From the IMG/VR virus record IMGVR_UViG_3300017917_000952, positions 124,001 through 188,000 of that record: a DNA stretch of 64,000 nucleotides, one strand, 5' to 3'. The position numbers were made by a program, and so were the translations under genes. The notes beneath the pieces are model-generated. The model did not search any database, was not told the DNA's origin, and saw only the letters and a list, made by a program, of their open reading frames with translations. Below, piece by piece: positions 1 through 6,605 of the stretch (its first letter is position 1; every line of letters begins with the position of its first letter).

Positions 1-1
1 C

Positions 2-235
2 GATATTGATATTAGTTTCGAAGAAGCAAACTTTATTAAAGAAACGTTTACAGAAAAACACGACATTCGAGAGATTAGTCTAATCCAAGATAAAACTAAT
101 TTAGACGGTACTGTTGACGATAACCCTGATGCTAAGTTTGAAAGTGTTGACCAGATTGTAACAGAACAACTAGTTAATATCGACAGCAAAGAATTTGATA
201 AGAACACCCTGCTAGAAATCTATAATAATCTATGA
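2..235 (+). CDS. gp47: Recombination endonuclease subunit (T4 gp47/Mre11-SbcD-like), C-terminal fragment, truncated by window start
   Basis: Open frame from nt 2 (DIDISFEEANFIKETF...LLEIYNNL*) ending in TGA that overlaps the gp46 ATG (ATGA at 232-235); gp47-gp46 adjacency is conserved in T4-like phages. Confidence 0.75.
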   Translation, partial: DIDISFEEANFIKETFTEKHDIREISLIQDKTNLDGTVDDNPDAKFESVDQIVTEQLVNIDSKEFDKNTLLEIYNNL

Positions 236-2013
236 GTTTTAAATTAAAAAATCTTACCGTTAAAAATTTCATGAGCGTGGGCAACCAGACCCAGGCTGTA
301 GATTTTGATAAAGAACACCTAACTCTTGTATTAGGTGCTAACCTCGACCTCGGTGGAGACGACACAGGTAGTCGTAATGGCACGGGTAAGACTACAATTA
401 TCAATGCATTAAGTTATGCACTCTACGGACAGGCGCTGACTAACATTCGTAAAGAAAATCTTATCAATAAAATTAACGGTAAGAACATGTTAGTCACTGT
501 TGAGTTTGAAAAAGGCGGCAACAAATATAAGATCGAACGAGGCCGTAAGCCCAATGTACTTAAACTCTACGTCAATGATCAGGCTGTAGAAAGTAAAGAC
601 GAAGACGAAAGTCAAGGCGACAGTAGAGAAACACAAAAATCAATTGAAGAAATGCTTGAAATGAGTCATACCATGTTCAAGCATCTTGTTGCACTTAACA
701 CTTACACAGAACCGTTCCTGAGTATGAGGGCGGCAGATCAGCGCGAAGTAATCGAACAACTGTTAGGCATCACCTTACTGAGCGTAAAAGCAGAAGCACT
801 CAAGCAGGCTGTTAAAGAAACTAAAGATGCTATACAAGCAGAAGAAGTTAAAATTACAGCCATTAAAACTGCAAATGAAAATGTGCAAAAGAGCATTGAC
901 AGTCTACAACTTAAAAGCAGTGCGTGGGATAATAAACATCAACAAGAGTTAGAAAATCTCGGGCGGGCTATTCTTAATTTAGAAGCAGTAGACATCGAAG
1001 CGGAACTAACTGCTCATACAAATTTAAAAGCATGGGAAGAACTCGATACTAAACTTAGAAGTCTGAATAAACAACGGGCTACTCTAGAATCTGCTGTTAC
1101 TCAGGCCCAAAAGACACTGGATAAGTATGCTCGCGAAGTAGAAACACTGTCTAATAAGACATGCCCTGCTTGTGAACAAGAACTTCATGACCATAAACAC
1201 GAAGAAATGACTGCTGCCGCTGCATTACATCTTGCAGAAGCTCAGACTTACTTTGACAAAGTATCAGGCGATCTTAAAAAGATCTTGCTAGAAATAGGCA
1301 CAGGCGATATGCCTCGCAAGCCTACGACTTTCTATGAAACCGAAGCAGAAGCATTAGGTCATAAAAATAATCTAGATAATTTAGAAAAGTCCTTGATGGG
1401 TAAAGCAGAAGAAAAGAATCCCTATGCTGAACAGATTGAAGATTTAAAGAAAACTGCCATTCAAGAAATTGATTGGACTATTATCAATACTCTAACAAAG
1501 TATCGAGACCATCAAGAATTCTTACTGAAGTTGTTAACAAACAAAGATAGTTTTATCCGTAAGAAGATCATTGACCAAAACTTAACTTACCTAAACAAGC
1601 GACTAACTTATTATATCGATAAATTGGGTCTACCACACACTGTTGTTTTCCAAAACGATTTGTCAGTTCAAATCACTCAATTAGGACAAGACTTAGACTT
1701 TGATAACTTATCGCGTGGTGAACGTAACCGACTAATCTTGAGCATGAGCTTTGCTTTCCGCGATGTATGGGAAGGCCTATATCAAAGCATTAACCTGCTG
1801 TTCATCGATGAACTTGTAGATGCTGGTATGGATAGTGCAGGTGTTGAAGCGGCATTAGCAGTACTAAAGAAGATGGCTCGTGAACGCAACAAGAACATTT
1901 ATCTGATCAGTCACAAGGACGAACTTGTAGGCCGCGTTAACAATGTGCTACGAGTAGTCAAAGAAAACGGTTTTACCAGTTATTCAAACGATGTAGACTA
2001 TGTCGAACAATAA
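232..2013 (+). CDS. gp46: Recombination endonuclease ATPase subunit (T4 gp46/SbcC-Rad50-like)
   Basis: Walker A GSRNGTGKTT, coiled coil with CPAC zinc hook, signature LSRGE, Walker B LFIDE, H-loop LISH. Confidence 0.95.
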   Translation: MSFKLKNLTVKNFMSVGNQTQAVDFDKEHLTLVLGANLDLGGDDTGSRNGTGKTTIINALSYALYGQALTNIRKENLINKINGKNMLVTVEFEKGGNKYKIERGRKPNVLKLYVNDQAVESKDEDESQGDSRETQKSIEEMLEMSHTMFKHLVALNTYTEPFLSMRAADQREVIEQLLGITLLSVKAEALKQAVKETKDAIQAEEVKITAIKTANENVQKSIDSLQLKSSAWDNKHQQELENLGRAILNLEAVDIEAELTAHTNLKAWEELDTKLRSLNKQRATLESAVTQAQKTLDKYAREVETLSNKTCPACEQELHDHKHEEMTAAAALHLAEAQTYFDKVSGDLKKILLEIGTGDMPRKPTTFYETEAEALGHKNNLDNLEKSLMGKAEEKNPYAEQIEDLKKTAIQEIDWTIINTLTKYRDHQEFLLKLLTNKDSFIRKKIIDQNLTYLNKRLTYYIDKLGLPHTVVFQNDLSVQITQLGQDLDFDNLSRGERNRLILSMSFAFRDVWEGLYQSINLLFIDELVDAGMDSAGVEAALAVLKKMARERNKNIYLISHKDELVGRVNNVLRVVKENGFTSYSNDVDYVEQ

Positions 2014-2302
2014 AAATTTGGCTCGATATCTAGAGCTTTACTCAGAATATGTTAAGGCAAGAGTAGGTGTGCATAACTACCATGTAAGGTTTACTGAATA
2101 TGTAGGTAGAGAATCCTACTACAGGTTAGGTGAATGCATACGCAAGTTGCCAAAGATCGAACAAGAACTACTTAAAACTGCAAGAGCGGCTATAAAAGAA
2201 CAAAAAGAACTAGATAAGGCTGCGAAACTTGCAGACAAGTTACAGCGTCGAAAGAAAAGATCACTAAAGAATGTGGACGTATCAAGGGGAAATAGTAAAT
2301 GA
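2000..2302 (+). CDS. Hypothetical basic protein (100 aa)
   Basis: ORF overlapping both neighbours in an operon-like arrangement; no recognisable motif. Confidence 0.6.
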   Translation: MSNNKNLARYLELYSEYVKARVGVHNYHVRFTEYVGRESYYRLGECIRKLPKIEQELLKTARAAIKEQKELDKAAKLADKLQRRKKRSLKNVDVSRGNSK

Positions 2303-2702
2303 ACTACCAGATGACTGTGTAGGATTTGTCTATCTCATTACGAACACAACAAATAATAAAAAATACATTGGCAAAAAACTAGCAAAATTTAGCAAAACAA
2401 CCTATAAAACAGTAAAATTAAAAAACGGCAACAAAAAGAAAAAGAAAATTCGTAGCAAAATTGACAGCGACTGGCAGGAATATTACGGGTCCAGTCCAAA
2501 TCTAACAGAAGATGTCAACACCTTAGGCAAAGAAAAATTCACAAGAGAAATACTTTACTATTGCAAATCTAAATCAGAATGCAGTTATATCGAAGCAAGA
2601 GAACAATTTACTCGTAAAGTTTTAGAATCTGACGAATATTATAACGGACATATACAAGTCCGTGTACATGGCTCCCATATCAAAGGCAAATTAAACGGTT
2701 AA
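2271..2702 (+). CDS. Small GIY-YIG family nuclease (Seg-like catalytic domain only)
   Basis: GFVYLITNTTNNKKYIG motif, later EAREQF (metal Glu) and YYNG (conserved Asn); Lys-rich insertion; no C-terminal DNA-binding domain. Confidence 0.8.
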   Translation: MWTYQGEIVNELPDDCVGFVYLITNTTNNKKYIGKKLAKFSKTTYKTVKLKNGNKKKKKIRSKIDSDWQEYYGSSPNLTEDVNTLGKEKFTREILYYCKSKSECSYIEAREQFTRKVLESDEYYNGHIQVRVHGSHIKGKLNG

Positions 2703-3060
2703 AGCTCAGCGCAGGCTAACTTCGTGCGCCCGAAATCCTTGGTGATGTCGCAGGGTAAGGAAATCTCTCGCCGTTCAAGAGTACTCAGCAAGTATCCTTA
2801 ACAGGACCACGATCGCGAAATGCCGCGGTTTTGCTGTTTGAATAGAGTGAAATAAGGCCCAAGGATGGAGAATTAACAATAACTCCACGGTTCTTATACA
2901 AGATAGCGTTTGTATAATGACCCGCCGTTGTGAAGACTGGGATGGAGGTACCGGACAACCGCCTCTGTTAAATACCCTAACGCTGTGTGACTGCGATACT
3001 CAGATAATGTCAAACTTTGCCCTTAACGGGCTTAGTGTGACCGTTCTATCTAGATAATAT
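2703..3060 (+). ncRNA. Candidate large structured non-coding RNA (unassigned family)
   Basis: ORF-free, more GC-rich than flanks, many complementary helices by eye: 2709-13/2725-29, 2735-42/2859-66, 2765-68/2844-47, 2774-78/2838-42, 2786-91/2831-36, 2795-98/2803-06, 2811-17/2824-30, 2866-70/2883-87, 2889-2901/2910-22, 2945-48+2952-54/2959-65, 3019-22/3028-31, plus long-range 2746-53/2991-98 and 2752-57/2973-78. Strand assumed from flanking genes. Confidence 0.55.
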
Positions 3061-3064
3061 TTAA

Positions 3065-3127
3065 AACACTTCGTGTTGAAAAATGCTTCGAGTCGAAGAC
3101 GAAGAAGAACACGAACGCAGTTCGTGT
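3065..3127. repeat. Cluster of three short inverted repeats with 3-nt loops
   Basis: AACAC-TTC-GTGTT (3065-77), CTTCG-AGT-CGAAG (3086-98), ACACGAAC-GCA-GTTCGTGT (3109-27). Confidence 0.85.
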
Positions 3128-3134
3128 ATAAATA
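3127..3134 (+). promoter_or_regulatory. T4-type late promoter TATAAATA
   Basis: Exact T4 gp55 late consensus 24 nt upstream of ATG 3159. Confidence 0.8.
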
Positions 3135-3158
3135 ACACAACATATTTCTGGAAAAAAA

Positions 3159-4745
3159 ATGAATCTTTCCTCTTTATTATCGAAAATTGACTCTCTTGAG
3201 AATAGCCCAAGACAAAGTATCTTTGAGAGTATTGGCCAAGGAGATCAATATTTCCGTACATGGGAACGAGACATACATCCTGTACTATGTGAAGTAGCAA
3301 TGAGCCCTGAACAAATTCAACAACTATTCAAAGGAGTTGAAGCAGGTGCAGGAAGAAGTACCTTAGGTAAAGGCCTTGATGCAGTTAAAGGCGCTACAGA
3401 TAAAGTTAGCGATGCATGGTTTAACAAATTCGGTGGAATGCTACAGAACAGTACACCAGTACAGGCTTTCGATCAGAAATATGAAGATATTAAGAGCAAG
3501 ATTGCTGCAAAGCATCCAGACCTTGCAGCAAAATTAGCCAAGTACGGTGAATTTGCTAAAGAACATCCAAACTGGCACAAATTTCTATTAGCGATTGCAG
3601 GATCAGTTGCTTCTGCTGTTGGCGTTGCTGCCGCAGGAGGTGTTGGAGCAGGTGCTCTAGCAATAGGTACAGGTGTTGGTGTTGCAACAGGTATTCTTAA
3701 TATTGCAGATAGATTATTACAAGGACAAAAGGCGTCAACTGCTATCGGTCGTGGAGCAACTACTGGAGCAATAGCAGGCGTTACTGCCGGTGTACTTTCA
3801 AAAGTTGGATCATGGCTAGGCTCCATGAGAGAAAAATCTATTCCGTTCGGCCCAGAGGATGCGGGCCTAGAAAGAATCAGTTGGGATGCTAAAAAGACAT
3901 TAACTGCTCCGGGCATGGAGTGGACACAACGAACACAAGGATTCCAAGCATTAGTTAAAGCAGAAGACGCTTCCGCAATTCGTGCAGCAATGAATCAAAT
4001 CAGTACCAATCCAGGAACTGGTGGTTTTGAAGAGTTACAACGACTAGGAAGAATGGTTGCTAGTAAGGATTACATAGCCAACATGCAGACTGCGGTTGAC
4101 GGAGCATTTGCCGCAGCAAAGAATAACGACAGTTTATTGCAATTCATCAATACTGTTACTCAAGGAGCAGCAGCCGCTTCCGGTGGCGCCGCTAGTGCTG
4201 CGACAGCGTCTGGTGGTCAACAGCCTAAGCCGACAGCGGAGTCATTAAGCAGAACACAGGTTAACGAACTATTTGGCATTACTGGAAATAAAGTTGATGC
4301 TGCCAAATTACAAAAGGCTTGGGTAAAAGCAGGTAGTCCTACTGACAGCGAAGAAATTGCAAAAATACTTCAAGCGGCAGGAGTCGAATCTTCAGTAATT
4401 TCGAAAGCATTTACTGATATGTCGTTACCAGAACCTACAAGTACAGCAAGTGTAGCACCTGCTAAAGACAGTGCAGCCGCACCTGACAATGCAGCGCCCG
4501 TAGATGCTACTGCACCTACAGATACTAAACCTGCAACTGCTGAGCCGGCCGCTACTGCACCTGCTGCTCAACAAAGCAAAGTTGGTGTTGGACAAATTAA
4601 TAAAATTATCCCAACACTCCGTCTTCGAGATTTGAAGAGTGTACAAAAGACAGTAGATGCGGCTCTTGCTAAACGTACAACATCTACACAACCTACTAAC
4701 GAAAGTGTAGTGTTTTACAGCAAGTTTTTAGATAAAGAAATTTAA
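3159..4745 (+). CDS. Ala/Gly-rich hypothetical protein, probable internal/ejected virion protein (528 aa)
   Basis: Late promoter upstream; hydrophobic Gly/Ala segment (AVGVAAAGGVGAGALAIG); C-terminal domain shared with next ORF. Confidence 0.6.
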   Translation: MNLSSLLSKIDSLENSPRQSIFESIGQGDQYFRTWERDIHPVLCEVAMSPEQIQQLFKGVEAGAGRSTLGKGLDAVKGATDKVSDAWFNKFGGMLQNSTPVQAFDQKYEDIKSKIAAKHPDLAAKLAKYGEFAKEHPNWHKFLLAIAGSVASAVGVAAAGGVGAGALAIGTGVGVATGILNIADRLLQGQKASTAIGRGATTGAIAGVTAGVLSKVGSWLGSMREKSIPFGPEDAGLERISWDAKKTLTAPGMEWTQRTQGFQALVKAEDASAIRAAMNQISTNPGTGGFEELQRLGRMVASKDYIANMQTAVDGAFAAAKNNDSLLQFINTVTQGAAAASGGAASAATASGGQQPKPTAESLSRTQVNELFGITGNKVDAAKLQKAWVKAGSPTDSEEIAKILQAAGVESSVISKAFTDMSLPEPTSTASVAPAKDSAAAPDNAAPVDATAPTDTKPATAEPAATAPAAQQSKVGVGQINKIIPTLRLRDLKSVQKTVDAALAKRTTSTQPTNESVVFYSKFLDKEI

Positions 4746-4754
4746 GGAACAGAT

Positions 4755-5462
4755 ATGAAAATTAATGAACTGTTAGTTGAGAACGAACAACTTGACGAAC
4801 TAAATCTAAAAGGTCTTGGAACTGGCCTTGGTAAAGCAATCGGCGGCGCTGCTGGTGGAGTAGTTCAAGGAGCAAAAAATATCTGGTCCGGAATGAAACA
4901 AGGATATGCAGGCGCTCAACAAGCAATGGCTCCGGATGATGCAGGTACTACACCCGCAGCAACTAGCGGTACAGCACCTGCTGCAACTGCTCCTGCGGCT
5001 GCTCCGGCAGATACAACTGGTGGTTCTGGTGAAGTAGCAGCATCTAACATACTTGCAAGGGCAAAACAAGGTACAACACAAGATCCTAATGCTGCTCCTG
5101 CTGCGGCGCCTGCAACACCAGCACCTGCGGCTACTCAAGCACCTGCGGCTACTCAAGCAGGGCAAGAACCTGCTGCTGCTCCTGCTGCTGATCAGCAGAG
5201 CAAAGTTGGTGTTGGACAGATTAACAAATTAATTCCTACACTAAGAACAAGAGATCTTCAAAGTGTTAAGAAAACTGTAGATGCTACTATTGCTAAGAAA
5301 ACTGCTGCTAAACCTGCTGCACCTGCGGCCGCACCGGCAGCAAGTCCAAGCCAGGCTGAGATTGATGCCGACCGTGCAAGACTAATGGGTCCAGACAATG
5401 GTGGCGCAAACGAAAGTAAAGTAGTTAAGTTTAATAGTAAGTTCTTAGGAATGGATATTTAA
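4755..5462 (+). CDS. Ala/Pro/Thr-rich hypothetical protein, probable internal virion protein (235 aa)
   Basis: N-terminus MKINELLVE resembles head-protease-processed leaders; shares QQSKVGVGQINK...RDL domain and SKFL tail with upstream ORF. Confidence 0.6.
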   Translation: MKINELLVENEQLDELNLKGLGTGLGKAIGGAAGGVVQGAKNIWSGMKQGYAGAQQAMAPDDAGTTPAATSGTAPAATAPAAAPADTTGGSGEVAASNILARAKQGTTQDPNAAPAAAPATPAPAATQAPAATQAGQEPAAAPAADQQSKVGVGQINKLIPTLRTRDLQSVKKTVDATIAKKTAAKPAAPAAAPAASPSQAEIDADRARLMGPDNGGANESKVVKFNSKFLGMDI

Positions 5463-5683
5463 AAGAACGGTTGTCCGGTTTCTTTTGTAATCTCTAAATT
5501 ATTTTGGATAATTTTTCCTATAAGGACTCTATCTTCGTACGATAGAAGGTAGCCTTCGGCAATGCTAGTACCGCGCATGTGCCAACAAATTCTAAAAATT
5601 TCGTCTTTTAAGGCTTTTGACTCTTCTTCGTATTCTTTTACAACCTTGTCAATTTCTTCAAGGCTGAGAGACAAAAGCCTCAT
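5459..5683 (-). CDS. Small tail/baseplate assembly chaperone-like protein (74 aa), possible frameshift extension of upstream ORF
   Basis: ATGA overlap with 5680..6528; lies in the -1 frame immediately after a U UUU UUC heptamer. Confidence 0.6.
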   Translation of the reverse strand: MRLLSLSLEEIDKVVKEYEEESKALKDEIFRICWHMRGTSIAEGYLLSYEDRVLIGKIIQNNLEITKETGQPFF

Positions 5684-6528
5684 ACGAAAAAATTTGATGG
5701 ATCAAACGTAACTGGTACTTCGATTGTATCGCCTAAGAATCCTTTATCCCGCATTTCGTCAGTAACTGCAACTCTCATAGGCTTGACATTGTTGTTTTCG
5801 CGCAGTGCGGTTAGATGATCTTCGATTTTTTTGTAAATTTCTTTATCGATATTATCAACAAATTCTTTGATATGTGCTGGATCGCTAGTGCTACCTACCG
5901 CACTTTCGACTCTATCTATACTATCGATAATAGTACCTAAAGTTACCTGTGTCATCTTATTGAAACTATCTTTGAACAATTCAATCTTTTGTTCATCGGT
6001 CATTGTTTTATCATTTACAACTTCCATAATTTTTTGTGTTTCAAATGCCTGTATTGCTGCATGAGCAATGTTCTTATATGTGAGTGGCTTAACAAATACA
6101 GTTAACTCGTCATTAATAGGAACAACCGGATCCCATCTAATTTGATGTTGAAGACCGTCCATAATAAGTCGCAGGTCGACTTGATATTCAAGTTCTAGAT
6201 CTCCAATTTTTACAGGAGTAGTCATCATTTCGCCATATGTTGCTAGGCGAATAGCAATAAGAATAATATCTAAATCAATGTTTGGGCAAGCCCACGCATT
6301 TTTAATATTTGGAATACAGTGTTGAATTACATCGACAACGGCCTGCCCATTCATTAATGCATCAGGAACTTTAAGTGCAAGTTCATCCTTAGCAGTCATA
6401 GAATAAACAGCATATTCTCCTGTTTCAGATATTTCTAAACTGCCTTCCGGCCAAAATTCTCCGTTACTGGGCAACCTAATATAGATTTTAGGCTGTCTCA
6501 TATACATGGCTAATGGGTTACTGGTCAT
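5680..6528 (-). CDS. Baseplate hub assembly / tail assembly chaperone (T4 gp26/gp51-like)
   Basis: N-terminal YIRLPSNGEF...VYSMTAKDEL...DLDIILIAIRLATYG pattern typical of gp26-like proteins; divergent from the tape-measure-like gene. Confidence 0.7.
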   Translation of the reverse strand: MTSNPLAMYMRQPKIYIRLPSNGEFWPEGSLEISETGEYAVYSMTAKDELALKVPDALMNGQAVVDVIQHCIPNIKNAWACPNIDLDIILIAIRLATYGEMMTTPVKIGDLELEYQVDLRLIMDGLQHQIRWDPVVPINDELTVFVKPLTYKNIAHAAIQAFETQKIMEVVNDKTMTDEQKIELFKDSFNKMTQVTLGTIIDSIDRVESAVGSTSDPAHIKEFVDNIDKEIYKKIEDHLTALRENNNVKPMRVAVTDEMRDKGFLGDTIEVPVTFDPSNFFV

Positions 6529-6544
6529 AACGGTTTTGTCTCCG

Positions 6545-6581
6545 AATAAATAATAGATAGAATTCTTTCTAAGTATTTATA
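6545..6581. promoter_or_regulatory. Overlapping divergent late promoters
   Basis: AATAAATA on + (6545-52) facing ATG 6606; TATAAATA on - (6574-81) facing ATG 6528. Confidence 0.75.
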
Positions 6582-6605
6582 TACGCACAAAACTCCGGAA
6601 AAACA

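Noticed and set aside
2755-3011. RNase P RNA or group I intron (AAGGAAATCTC resembles GAGGAAAGUCC; GAAGACTGGGATGG and CAGATAATGTC resemble R/S elements)
   Set aside because: The partner strands needed for RNase P P4 or group I P7 are not complementary; resemblance is partial.
2724-3049. Group II intron (starts GTGCGCCCG like the GUGCG 5' consensus; a possible ...CTAT end at 3046-49)
   Set aside because: No convincing domain V (AGC/CGC triad hairpin with AC bulge) or domain VI with bulged A; too short; not interrupting a gene. Kept only as an unassigned structured RNA.
3084-3098. tRNA T-loop-like TTCGAGTC
   Set aside because: No cloverleaf, acceptor stem or D-arm; explained by a short inverted repeat.
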